Shown here one piece after another: positions 1 through 8,862 of a stretch of 64,000 nt of DNA; within the stretch, counting starts at the first letter, position 1; the number at the start of each line of letters is the position of its first letter. The notes below the pieces were generated by a model. That model was given only the letters and a program-made list of their open reading frames with translations, made no database searches and was not told the DNA's origin. The translations under genes and the position numbers were made by a program. This stretch comes from Actinobacteria bacterium HGW-Actinobacteria-4 (GTDB lineage Bacteria > Actinomycetota > Actinomycetes > Actinomycetales > Demequinaceae): contig PHEW01000014.1 of the NCBI GenBank assembly GCA_002841315.1, positions 183 to 64,182 of the forward strand. The letters are read 5' to 3'.

Positions 1-44
1 AGTGTCAGCAGTTACCGTGAACTCAGACCGAGAGGTGTTGCCAC

Positions 45-590
45 ATGAGCAATTGGAAAGGCACGCTCGAGCAAGTAGTGCAGACACGCAGAGGGTCTCT
101 TGTGGGCTACGCGTACTTGTTCACCGGCGACCGTGCCGCTGCGGAAGACCTCGTGCACGACGCCATCATCCGCACCTTCACCCGCGCTCGCGATCTGGGC
201 AACATCCACGCCGCAGAAGGCTACGTGAAGCGCGTCATCGCTACCCAGTTCATCAACTCCACCCGGTCCGCCAAGGTGTTGCGCGACAAGAGCCACCTGA
301 TCGCCACCCCTGAGGGGACGCCGGGCCATGCAGGCGCCGTCGCGGATTCCGTCAGCGTCGAGGCCGCGATCATGACGCTCACGCCACGCGAGCGCGCATG
401 CATCGTGTTGCGGTTCTACGAGGACCAGACGGTGCCGGAGATGGCCCGATCCCTGGGGATCGCAGAAGGCACCATCAAGCGCTACCTCCACACGGCCATC
501 GGCCGCCTTCACGAAGTCCTGGGCGACACCCCGGGCCTCCGCCTCACACCCGACGACAACCGCGTCGCCGTCACCCCAAGGAGCAAGTAA
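45..590 (+). CDS. ECF-type sigma-70 family RNA polymerase sigma factor
   Basis: 181-aa ORF. Region 2-like DLVHDAIIRTF and region 4 HTH LTPRERACIVLRFYEDQTVPEMARSLGIAEGTIKRYLHTAIGRL. Stop overlaps the next start (TAATG). Confidence 0.85.
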   Translation: MSNWKGTLEQVVQTRRGSLVGYAYLFTGDRAAAEDLVHDAIIRTFTRARDLGNIHAAEGYVKRVIATQFINSTRSAKVLRDKSHLIATPEGTPGHAGAVADSVSVEAAIMTLTPRERACIVLRFYEDQTVPEMARSLGIAEGTIKRYLHTAIGRLHEVLGDTPGLRLTPDDNRVAVTPRSK

Positions 591-1549
591 TGGACGACTT
601 CAAGACAATGCTGACTGGCGTCGCGCAGCGCGAGAGTGCAGCGACGCGTCCCGTTGACGCACGCGGATACGTGCGGACCGTGGGACGCCGACGTGCGGTG
701 CGCCATGCAGGCCAGGGCGCTGTGGCGATCGTTGCAGGCGGCGGGCTCGCCTATGGCGGACTCGTGCTCGCTGACCAGGTTCGCGACGTGCAGCCCGGCG
801 GCACGCCGTCGCCCACCGCGACGCACGCGCCCGTCGAGAGCCCCACGCCCACGCCGGAGCCATCGTTCGGGCCCGCGTCTATCGTCACGCCTTGGGGAAC
901 CGCCTGGCCAGAGAGTCCGCCGCAGCCACTCGACCCGGCCACGACCGCTGAAGATGGCTGGCAGGTGTGGAGCAAGTACGCGGCCTCGATCGCGACCCCC
1001 ATGTGCGGAGAGCCCTACGATCGCTCGATCATGGACACCGACAGCTACTACGACCTCGAAGCGGCTGTCCGCAACCCGGCGCCAGCAGCGGGAGGGGCCT
1101 TCGACTTCGCCGCACGCATCACCAACCTGTCCGATGTTGACCTGAGCGCCACCCGGTGGCAGGGTCCGCTCATCATGTTCCTCGACGCCGATGGCGTGGT
1201 GGTGGCGTTCATGCACCTCGACCCCACCACGGTGGAGGGTCCGGAGTACTTTGACGGTCCCCAGGGGCCGTTCGCGGTAGGCCAGAGCGTCGAGGTGTTT
1301 GGCCGCCACCCGGTGATTCGCGAATGCCCGGTGTGGGCAGACGTGGAGCCTTACGCTTCGACCGCCAACCCAGGCGCTGACTGGCCCACCACGGACACCG
1401 TGCCCGCTCTCGCGCCGGGCGAGTATGAGGTGGTCATGCAGATGAGCGCACCGTTCGCCTATGACCTCATCGTTGAAGGCGTGGACATCAGCCAGGAGCT
1501 ACCGCCCATGAAGGCGGTGTCGCTCGGATTGGTCCGCATCGCCGAGTAA
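590..1549 (+). CDS. single-pass membrane protein, candidate anti-sigma factor
   Basis: ATG at 590 overlaps the sigma stop. Short N-terminal segment, one hydrophobic helix (GAVAIVAGGGLAYGGLVLA), a Pro/Thr-rich linker, then a ~230-aa C-terminal domain. The anti-sigma role is inferred from position only. The longer ORF version starting at 398 overlaps the sigma gene and is not used. Confidence 0.6.
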   Translation: MDDFKTMLTGVAQRESAATRPVDARGYVRTVGRRRAVRHAGQGAVAIVAGGGLAYGGLVLADQVRDVQPGGTPSPTATHAPVESPTPTPEPSFGPASIVTPWGTAWPESPPQPLDPATTAEDGWQVWSKYAASIATPMCGEPYDRSIMDTDSYYDLEAAVRNPAPAAGGAFDFAARITNLSDVDLSATRWQGPLIMFLDADGVVVAFMHLDPTTVEGPEYFDGPQGPFAVGQSVEVFGRHPVIRECPVWADVEPYASTANPGADWPTTDTVPALAPGEYEVVMQMSAPFAYDLIVEGVDISQELPPMKAVSLGLVRIAE

Positions 1550-1567
1550 GGCGCGCCGTGCCGTGCA

Positions 1568-1597
1568 GTGCCGGGAGCCCGTAGGGGTTCCCGGCAC
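1568..1597 (+). terminator. stem-loop after the sigma/anti-sigma operon (possible intrinsic terminator)
   Basis: 13-bp stem GTGCCGGGAGCCC / GGGTTCCCGGCAC around a GTAG loop. It begins 18 nt after the stop at 1549 and is followed by TGCCTTCTGT. Confidence 0.45.
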
Positions 1598-1611
1598 TGC
1601 CTTCTGTATAG

Positions 1612-1871
1612 TGGTGGTCAAAGCGGTGACCCGGCTATCACCGGTGAGCTTCCGGAAGAACCGCCACCAGCATCGGCCGATGCCCAAGGCTCAGTAGAAC
1701 CGGACGGGTTAGCCCGTCATAGCGAACGTGGGTTCGGCTCTGGCCTGACTCGCATGAGTGGTTGCGCCCCGTCAGGGGAGCGGCAAGCGGGGTGGTACCG
1801 CGTTGCGAGGCCTAGCGGCCAAGCGGCGTCCTCGTGGGTTCCTGACCGCACCACCAAAGGACTGCCGCACC
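1612..1871 (+). promoter_or_regulatory. T-box leader (Ile) upstream of ileS
   Basis: Perfect T-box core AAGCGGGGTGGTACCGCG at 1785-1802. ATC followed by A at 1637-1640 lies between two CCGG tracts and is a candidate Ile specifier. GGTGGT (1612-1617) can pair with GCCACC (1662-1667) as a Stem I base. ACCACC (1850-1855), directly 5' of the AAAGGA Shine-Dalgarno, can pair with GGTGGT of the T-box. Confidence 0.8.
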
Positions 1872-4800
1872 ATGAACGCAACGCCCGCGCGCTACCCCCT
1901 GCACCGTGAGGATTCCGACGTGCAGCCGTCGCCTCATTTCCCGTCCATCGAGACCGAGGTGCTGAGCTACTGGGAGGGTGACGGCACATTCCAGGCGTCG
2001 ATCGACAATCGGATTGCCAACAAGCCCGAAGACGAGTTTGTGTTCTACGACGGCCCGCCGTTCGCCAACGGACTGCCCCACTACGGGCACCTCCTGACCG
2101 GGTATGCGAAAGACGTGGTGCCCCGCTTCGAGACCATGCGCGGCAAGAAGGTGGAACGCCGCTTTGGGTGGGACACCCACGGGCTGCCAGCGGAGTTTGA
2201 GGCCGAGCGCGTGCTGGGCATCACCGACAAGACGCAGATCGACGAGATGGGCATCGCCGCGTTCAACGAGGTGTGCAAGTCATCGGTGCTCAAATACACC
2301 AAGGACTGGGAAGAGTACGTCACGCGCCAGGCACGGTGGGTGGACTTCGAGAACGACTACAAGACGCTCGACGTCACCTACATGGAATCCGTGATCTGGG
2401 CGTTCAAGACTCTCCACGACAAGGGCCTCGCGTATGAGGGCTACCGGGTGCTGCCATATTGCTGGCGCGACGAGACCCCGCTGTCCAACCACGAGCTGCG
2501 CATGGACGAGGACGTCTACGCGATGCGCCAGGACCCCGCGCTCACGGTGTTGCTGCCGCTGATCGATGCGCCGGGCGATCTCGAGGACGCGTCGCTACTG
2601 ATCTGGACCACTACACCGTGGACCTTGCCGTCCAACCTGGCGGCGGCGGTGGGGCCGGACGTCGAGTATTCGGTGGTCAACCCGGGGGAAGGCTCGCCGT
2701 TCGCTGAACGCTTGGTTGTGCTGGCATCGGCCCGTCTGGGCGCCTACGCCCGCGAACTGGGCGAGGACGCCTCGGTGATCGCCACGGTCAAGGGATCCGA
2801 CCTTGCTGGCCTGCGATACACCCCGCCGTTCGAGGAGTTCGCCGGTCGCGACAACGCGCACCAGGTGCTGGTGGCCGACTTTGTCACCACGGAAGATGGA
2901 ACCGGCATCGTCCACCTCGCGCCAGCGTTTGGTGAAGATGACATGGCGGTGTGCACCGAGGCCGGAATCGAGCCGGTGATTCCCATCGACTCCAAGGGTC
3001 GCTTCACCGCGGAGATGCCCGCCTACGAGGGCCAACAAGTATTCGACGCCAACGCGCCCATCATCGCTGACCTCAAGGCGGCCGGACTGGTGCTCCGCCA
3101 CGAGACCTACGACCACTCGTACCCGCACTGCTGGCGCTGCCGCAACCCGCTGATCTACCGGGCCACGGGTTCGTGGTTCATTCGGGTGACCGAGTTCCGC
3201 GACCGCATGGTCGAGCTCAACCAGGACATCACCTGGGTGCCCGAGCACATCAAGGATGGCCAGTTCGGCAAGTGGCTCGCGAACGCGCGCGACTGGTCCA
3301 TCAGCCGCAACCGCTACTTCGGCACGCCCATTCCCGTGTGGGTCAGCGACAATCCGGCGTTCCCGCGCACCGACGTCTACGGCTCACTTGAGGACATCGA
3401 GAAGGACTTTGGACGGCTGCCGCTCAATGAGGCGGGGGAGCCGGACCTGCACCGGCCCTACATCGACGAACTCACGCGCCCCAACCCGGACGACCCCAGC
3501 GGTGAATCGATCATGCGCCGCATCCCCGACGTGCTGGACGTGTGGTTCGACTCCGGCTCCATGCCGTTCGCGCAGGTGCACTACCCGTTCGAGAATCACG
3601 ACTGGTTCGAGAACCACTACCCGGGCGACTTCATTGTGGAGTACATCGGGCAGACGCGCGGCTGGTTCTACACGCTGCACGTGCTCGCCACGGCGCTGTT
3701 TGATAGGCCCAGCTTCAAGACCTGCGTGAGCCACGGCATCGTGCTGGGCGACGACGGCCGCAAGATGTCCAAGTCGCTGCGCAACTACCCGGACGTCAAC
3801 GAGGTGTTCCACCGCGATGGCTCCGACGCCATGCGGTGGTTCCTGATGAGTTCGCCCATCCTGCGCGGCGGGAACCTCGTGGTGACCGAAGAGGGCATCC
3901 GCGAGGGCACCCGCCAGGTGCTGCTGCCGCTCTGGAGCACGTACTACTTCTTCACGCTCTACGCCGGTGCCGCTGATGGGGGTAAGGGCTACATCGCCAA
4001 GCCCATTGCGGCCGATGCTGTGGCTGAGCTTCCCGTCATGGACAGGTACGTGCTGGCCAAGACGGCAGAGCTGGTGGCGAGCGTCACGGAACAGATGGAC
4101 GCGTATGACGTGCCCGGGGCGTGCGAGTCGCTGCGGGTCTTCATGGACCTGCTCACCAACTGGTACGTACGGACTCAGCGCGACCGGTTCTGGGACGAGG
4201 ACGCTGCGGCGTTCGACACGTTGTTGACGGTACTTGAGACGGTCTGCCGTGTAGGTGCGCCATTGCTGCCGCTCGTGACGGAGGAAGTGTGGCGCGGACT
4301 GACTGGATCGAGGTCGGTGCACCTGACGGACTGGCCGGTTGTGGATTCGGCGTGGGTCGACGAGTCGCTGGGCGGAGTGATGGACCTGGTGCGGGAGGTC
4401 ACGTCGGTTGCTCACGGGCTGCGCAAAGCGCGGCAGATCCGGGTGCGCCAGCCGCTGAGTGTGCTGCGAGTGGCGGTCGCTGATGCGTCGGCGCTGGAGC
4501 CTTACCGGGAGCTGATCGCGGACGAGCTCAATGTCAAGGCGGTGGAGCTGTTGCCGCTCGAGGGGGATGCTGCGGCGGCGTATGGCGTGGAGTCGCAGCT
4601 GAATGTCAATGCGCGCGCGGCTGGCCCGCGGTTGGGCAAGGACGTCCAGACCGTGATCAAGGGTGCGAAGTCGGGGGACTGGTCGCAGGCTACTGACGGA
4701 GTGGTGACCTCTGGCGGAATCGCGCTTGAAGAGGGCGAGTACGAGTTGACCACCGTGATTGGCGGGGCGGCTGCAGAGAATCCTGACGTCGCTGCGGCGG

Positions 4801-5096
4801 TGTTGGGAGACGGCGGGTTCGTGGTGATCGATACCGCGCTCACGCCCGAGCTCGAGGCCGAGGGCTACGCGCGTGACCTGATCCGGTTGGTCCAGGACAA
4901 GCGCAAGGCGGAGGGACTGCACGTGTCAGACCGCATTCACCTCGCGCTCGTTGTTCCCATGGACAAGCTTGCTGCCGTCGAGGTGCACGTCGCGCTGATC
5001 GCTGCGGAGACGCTGGCTCAGAACCCGGCGACTGGCGAGGACACCATTGAGGTCATCGCTGGCTCGGGGCTCGACATTGCGGTGACCAAGCACTGA
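1872..5096 (+). CDS. ileS: isoleucine--tRNA ligase
   Basis: Class I signatures PHYGHLLTG (HIGH) and KMSKS ([10 protein letters not shown]), length ~1074 aa. ATG at 1872 lies 10 nt after AAAGGA. The ORF-track start at 1758 falls inside the leader. Confidence 0.95.
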   Translation: MNATPARYPLHREDSDVQPSPHFPSIETEVLSYWEGDGTFQASIDNRIANKPEDEFVFYDGPPFANGLPHYGHLLTGYAKDVVPRFETMRGKKVERRFGWDTHGLPAEFEAERVLGITDKTQIDEMGIAAFNEVCKSSVLKYTKDWEEYVTRQARWVDFENDYKTLDVTYMESVIWAFKTLHDKGLAYEGYRVLPYCWRDETPLSNHELRMDEDVYAMRQDPALTVLLPLIDAPGDLEDASLLIWTTTPWTLPSNLAAAVGPDVEYSVVNPGEGSPFAERLVVLASARLGAYARELGEDASVIATVKGSDLAGLRYTPPFEEFAGRDNAHQVLVADFVTTEDGTGIVHLAPAFGEDDMAVCTEAGIEPVIPIDSKGRFTAEMPAYEGQQVFDANAPIIADLKAAGLVLRHETYDHSYPHCWRCRNPLIYRATGSWFIRVTEFRDRMVELNQDITWVPEHIKDGQFGKWLANARDWSISRNRYFGTPIPVWVSDNPAFPRTDVYGSLEDIEKDFGRLPLNEAGEPDLHRPYIDELTRPNPDDPSGESIMRRIPDVLDVWFDSGSMPFAQVHYPFENHDWFENHYPGDFIVEYIGQTRGWFYTLHVLATALFDRPSFKTCVSHGIVLGDDGRKMSKSLRNYPDVNEVFHRDGSDAMRWFLMSSPILRGGNLVVTEEGIREGTRQVLLPLWSTYYFFTLYAGAADGGKGYIAKPIAADAVAELPVMDRYVLAKTAELVASVTEQMDAYDVPGACESLRVFMDLLTNWYVRTQRDRFWDEDAAAFDTLLTVLETVCRVGAPLLPLVTEEVWRGLTGSRSVHLTDWPVVDSAWVDESLGGVMDLVREVTSVAHGLRKARQIRVRQPLSVLRVAVADASALEPYRELIADELNVKAVELLPLEGDAAAAYGVESQLNVNARAAGPRLGKDVQTVIKGAKSGDWSQATDGVVTSGGIALEEGEYELTTVIGGAAAENPDVAAAVLGDGGFVVIDTALTPELEAEGYARDLIRLVQDKRKAEGLHVSDRIHLALVVPMDKLAAVEVHVALIAAETLAQNPATGEDTIEVIAGSGLDIAVTKH

Positions 5097-5352
5097 CCGC
5101 ATGGAGTGGCCCTGACTGTGGCCCCAGTCTCCACCCACTGCGACGTTCCGCACCCAAGAAGTGACGGGTGGGGATGAGGGCTAGTCCTGAGGATTCACAT
5201 GAGTCACTTAGCTCACATGAGCACCAAGGTGGGTGCGGAGCGTCGGGAGGCTGCGGGGGTTGGGCTGGACCAACGCGCCGCGGACCGATACGGTCGTCGT
5301 ACGTGGCAGTGGGCAACGGTGCTCCGCCACGCCGTTCGCTAGGGAGAACACC

Positions 5353-6861
5353 ATGACTCGCCACACTCGCGTCCTACTAGCCATCGGTGGAAGCGCTCTC
5401 ACGGCGCTGCTGGCCGGATGCTCCGGCGGTGAAGACATCCAGTCTGAACTCGGCCAAGGCTGGGAACTTGTCTGGAACGATGAGTTCGACGGCGACCAGA
5501 TCGACTCCAGCAAGTGGAGCCACGAGACCAACTGTTGGGGCGGCGGCAACAACGAACTGCAGTGTTACACGGACAGGGCCGAGAACTCGTTTGTGCGCGA
5601 CGGCAAGCTGGTGATTCACGCCCTCGAAGAAGAGTTCACCGGACCATCCGTGCCCATCGACTGGGCTGAATACGACCCCGCCAACGACGTCACCCTTCCG
5701 TACACGTCAGCACGCTTGCGCAGTCTCGACAAGGGCGACTTCGACTACGGGCGCATCGAGGTGCGGGCCAAGGTTCCTGGTGGCCAAGGGCTGTGGCCGG
5801 CGATCTGGATGCTTCCCACCGACTGGGAGTACGGTGACTGGGCCGCCAGCGGCGAGATCGACATCATGGAGGCGGTCAACCTTGGCACGAGCGACGAACT
5901 CGCCGTGCATGGCACGCTCCACTACGGCGCGGTGTGGCCCAACAACACCTCAAGCGGGACCAAGTACGTGTTCTGGGATTCCGATCCGCGCGCGCAGTTC
6001 CATACGTACGCGATCGAGTGGGCGGAAGGCGAGATCCGCTGGTACGTGGATGACGTCCACTACGCCACGCAACGCCAAACCGGGTGGTTTTCGCAGGTCG
6101 CCGACGCCGACGGTAGCCGCCAGAACCTTACTAATGGTGAGCCTTTTGACAAGCGATTCCACCTGCTGCTCAACGTGGCGATCGGCGGTGCGTGGCCAGG
6201 CAACCCGGATGACTCGACCGAACTTCCCGTAGAGATGGAGATCGACTTTGTGCGCGTCTTCACCTGTACGGAAGACCCCGCCACGCTGGCGGCCTGCGCG
6301 ACTGTCAGCCCAGGGGCCGCAATCTTGGCCGGCAACCAACCAGCCGAGGTGATCGACGTCGATTACGACCCCGCATTCATGGACGGCGACACCGTCACGA
6401 TCGTCGCGGGCGAGGTGGTTGGCCCGTACCTCACCGGGACGTGGGCTTCCTCCGGAACTGTCGAGATGGCGATGGTTGAGGACAGCGAACGCGGGCCGGT
6501 CGTGGAGATCACCTACGCGACCGACGAGTCTGTGGCGTACTTCCAGAGCAACGACGGTTTTGACTTCTCTGCCTTCGACAGGATCGAGTTTGATCTCCTG
6601 GTGGTCGAGGACCCCCGAACCGAGCCAGGGCTCTTCATCAAGATGGACTGCTTCCACCCATGCGGGACTGGCGACTATCCCATTGATGCGCCTCCGGTTG
6701 GCGTCTGGACGTCGTACTCCATCCCGCTCGCGGACCTCGTCTCCTTTGACGGCTCCACCCTTGATCTCGCTACCGTGAACACCCCACTGGTTGTTCTGCC
6801 CACATGGGGCAATCAGAACGGAGTGGTGCTGAGGCTCGACAACGTGAGGATCGAACGCTAG
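5353..6861 (+). CDS. GH16 family beta-glucanase (laminarinase-like) lipoprotein with C-terminal putative carbohydrate-binding domain
   Basis: Lipobox LLAGCSGG after MTRHTRVLLAIGGSALTA. GH16 catalytic motif EIDIME (SGEIDIMEAVN). ~200-aa C-terminal beta-rich domain. RBS AGGGAGA lies before ATG 5353. Confidence 0.85.
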   Translation: MTRHTRVLLAIGGSALTALLAGCSGGEDIQSELGQGWELVWNDEFDGDQIDSSKWSHETNCWGGGNNELQCYTDRAENSFVRDGKLVIHALEEEFTGPSVPIDWAEYDPANDVTLPYTSARLRSLDKGDFDYGRIEVRAKVPGGQGLWPAIWMLPTDWEYGDWAASGEIDIMEAVNLGTSDELAVHGTLHYGAVWPNNTSSGTKYVFWDSDPRAQFHTYAIEWAEGEIRWYVDDVHYATQRQTGWFSQVADADGSRQNLTNGEPFDKRFHLLLNVAIGGAWPGNPDDSTELPVEMEIDFVRVFTCTEDPATLAACATVSPGAAILAGNQPAEVIDVDYDPAFMDGDTVTIVAGEVVGPYLTGTWASSGTVEMAMVEDSERGPVVEITYATDESVAYFQSNDGFDFSAFDRIEFDLLVVEDPRTEPGLFIKMDCFHPCGTGDYPIDAPPVGVWTSYSIPLADLVSFDGSTLDLATVNTPLVVLPTWGNQNGVVLRLDNVRIER

Positions 6862-7466
6862 CAACTGCCTTCGTCGACAGGTCTCAACGTCGTCGACTTG
6901 TAGTCCCTGACTTCGCCGTTTGGCGCGGTCACCCACACGCACCAAAGGTTGCCGCTTGCGCCGGTGTTTCCCCCGAACTCCACGCCGGGTGAGACGGGGA
7001 TGCGCGTAACGGTGGGCAACGCGTCAGGCTCCGCGTAGAAGTCAGGCCCGGTGACGACTACGTAGTATCCGTCCTTGACAGAGATCTCAGGCGGAGGGCC
7101 GCCGCCAGTGGCCCAATACCACGCGATCTCATGGCCCAAGGCTGCGGCATCTCTCTGGGCGGCAGCATCGGCCTCCCGCGCCCGCTCAGCCTCGGCCATG
7201 GGGTTGACCACAAAGGCGAGGAGAGCCGCGATCACCAGTACCAATGCCACGATCGAGCCTACGACGAGCCCCACGACCACGCCAGGACGCAAACCCGCAG
7301 CTGGCGAGGGCGGCTCAACTGCGGCCTGCGCCTCGGGGCCTGCGAGGGAGGTCGGTGTCAGCGGTGCGACTTGCTGTGTCCACGCTGCACCGTCCCAGTA
7401 GCGCTGCAACGTGGGATCGCTGGGATCGTTGTACCAACCCGCGGGCGGCACAGGTTTCTCTGTCAT
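6858..7466 (-). CDS. DUF2510-type N-terminal domain / TM / pilin-like C-terminal domain protein (paralog 1)
   Basis: N-terminus PPAGWYNDPSDPTLQRYWDGAAWT (DUF2510 signature), one TM helix, C-terminal WCVWVTAP...C motif shared with the two upstream paralogs. ATGA overlap with paralog 2. Confidence 0.8.
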   Translation of the reverse strand: MTEKPVPPAGWYNDPSDPTLQRYWDGAAWTQQVAPLTPTSLAGPEAQAAVEPPSPAAGLRPGVVVGLVVGSIVALVLVIAALLAFVVNPMAEAERAREADAAAQRDAAALGHEIAWYWATGGGPPPEISVKDGYYVVVTGPDFYAEPDALPTVTRIPVSPGVEFGGNTGASGNLWCVWVTAPNGEVRDYKSTTLRPVDEGSC

Positions 7467-8068
7467 GTGTCGCACCTTCCTGGAGCAAGCCGGCCCTGCA
7501 AGGAGTACTCGAAGTCCTTGACCACGCCGCTTGGAGCGGTGACCCACACGCACCAGTCGTAGTACCCAGTTCCGGTGACACCGCCGATTTCAACGTCAGG
7601 GGAGGCGGTTGGGGAGCGAGTCATCGAGGCGCCGTCGGTGAACGCATAGAAGCCGTCGACGACAGCGATCTCCGGCTGGAAACCGTTGCTTGACCAGTGG
7701 TAGTGCGCCACCTCGACAGCCAAGGCAGAGACATCGGACCTCGCTGCGTCATCGGCCGCCTTCGCCGCAATGTCGGCTTGGTGTGCCCGCTGCGAGTTGA
7801 GGCTCGGCATCACCATGACCGCGAACACCACGCCACCGAGCAACACCACCGCGCTGGCCACGATCCCCACGACCAGGCCCGGGTGGAGCGGGCGCCGCGT
7901 GGCCTTCTGCTGGTTCACCACGAACCCCGCCGGCGCGGGCGACAAGGGTGCCGATGAGGCGACCGGTGCCACGTCGGTGGTCCATGCCGCGCCATCCCAG
8001 AAGCGCTGGAGCACAGGGTCGCTGGGATCGTTGTACCAACCGGCCGGTGGTGTACTGGTGTCGCTCAT
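7463..8068 (-). CDS. DUF2510-type N-terminal domain / TM / pilin-like C-terminal domain protein (paralog 2)
   Basis: PPAGWYNDPSDPVLQRFWDGAAWT, a TM helix, and DWCVWVTAPSG...GRC at the C-terminus. Confidence 0.8.
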   Translation of the reverse strand: MSDTSTPPAGWYNDPSDPVLQRFWDGAAWTTDVAPVASSAPLSPAPAGFVVNQQKATRRPLHPGLVVGIVASAVVLLGGVVFAVMVMPSLNSQRAHQADIAAKAADDAARSDVSALAVEVAHYHWSSNGFQPEIAVVDGFYAFTDGASMTRSPTASPDVEIGGVTGTGYYDWCVWVTAPSGVVKDFEYSLQGRLAPGRCDT

Positions 8069-8131
8069 CGATATCTCCCTCGCGATCCGTGGTGGTTGTA
8101 GCCCATGCAGTGGCCGCCTACGTCAACCGGA

Positions 8132-8695
8132 CTACTGCCCGCAGCGGCCCTGTTGAAGACCACGTTCCGCGGAATACTCGAAGTCCTTGAACTCGCCTTC
8201 AGTTGCCGTGACCCACACGCACCAGTCACTCCATGAGGATCCGGTCTGTCCTCCCAGTTCTACGTTGGCGGACTTGCGGTTGGAGCCGCCCATGGGCGTG
8301 CCGTCTTTGAACGTGTAGGAGCCGTCAACAACCACAATGGTTGGCGGTGGGCCGTCGTGGTCGACAAAGTAGGTGGCGATCTCCTTGCCCAGGGTGGAGA
8401 CGTCGGCCTTCGCGGCGCTATCAACGGCCTTCCCTCGCTGGCTAAGGTAGATCGGGATTGAAATGGCGGCGAGGATCCCGATGATGACGAGTCCGGTTCC
8501 TACCGAGATCAACACGATTGCCATCGTGTTGAGGCGCCTCTTCTCGGGTTGCTTGACATACGTGCCGGGTGCGCCAGCGAGCGCGGCAAACGGGGCCATG
8601 TGCTGCGTCCACGCGGTGCCGTCCCAGTAACGTTGCTGCGCAGGGTTCTGCGGGTCCGCGTACCAGCCAGCGGGCGGTGCAGAGCTCTCGCTCAT
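8132..8695 (-). CDS. DUF2510-type N-terminal domain fused to a type IV pilin-like helix and globular domain (paralog 3)
   Basis: PPAGWYADPQNPAQQRYWDGTAWT, then KRRLNTMAIVLISVGTGLVIIGILAAISIPIYLSQRGKAVDSAAKADVSTLGKEIATYFVD. This closely resembles the pilin/pseudopilin alpha-1 helix (IIGILAAIAIP...). C-terminal Cys pair DWCVWVTA...GRC. Start set at MSESS (8695). Confidence 0.8.
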   Translation of the reverse strand: MSESSAPPAGWYADPQNPAQQRYWDGTAWTQHMAPFAALAGAPGTYVKQPEKRRLNTMAIVLISVGTGLVIIGILAAISIPIYLSQRGKAVDSAAKADVSTLGKEIATYFVDHDGPPPTIVVVDGSYTFKDGTPMGGSNRKSANVELGGQTGSSWSDWCVWVTATEGEFKDFEYSAERGLQQGRCGQ

Positions 8696-8862
8696 GAGTG
8701 TGCCTCTCGACGGCGGTTTCTGCGGTCTCCCCCACCATAGTGGTCTGCGCACAGCCGTCAAGGGCCTTGTGTCATCCCTGCTAAATGAGGCCAAACGGGG
8801 CCCTTCGAAACTTGTCCCCAGTTCGGTCAGCAAACCGCCCTGGTGTGCCTCACAATATCTCT

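Noticed and set aside
3384-4922. 512-aa antisense ORF inside ileS, with similar cases at 57179-58252 opposite rlmN, 52508-53557 opposite rpsB and 44640-45644 opposite lepB/rnhB
   Set aside because: They overlap strongly conserved genes on the other strand, have Arg/His/Gly-rich compositions and no recognisable motifs. They are high-GC open-frame artefacts.
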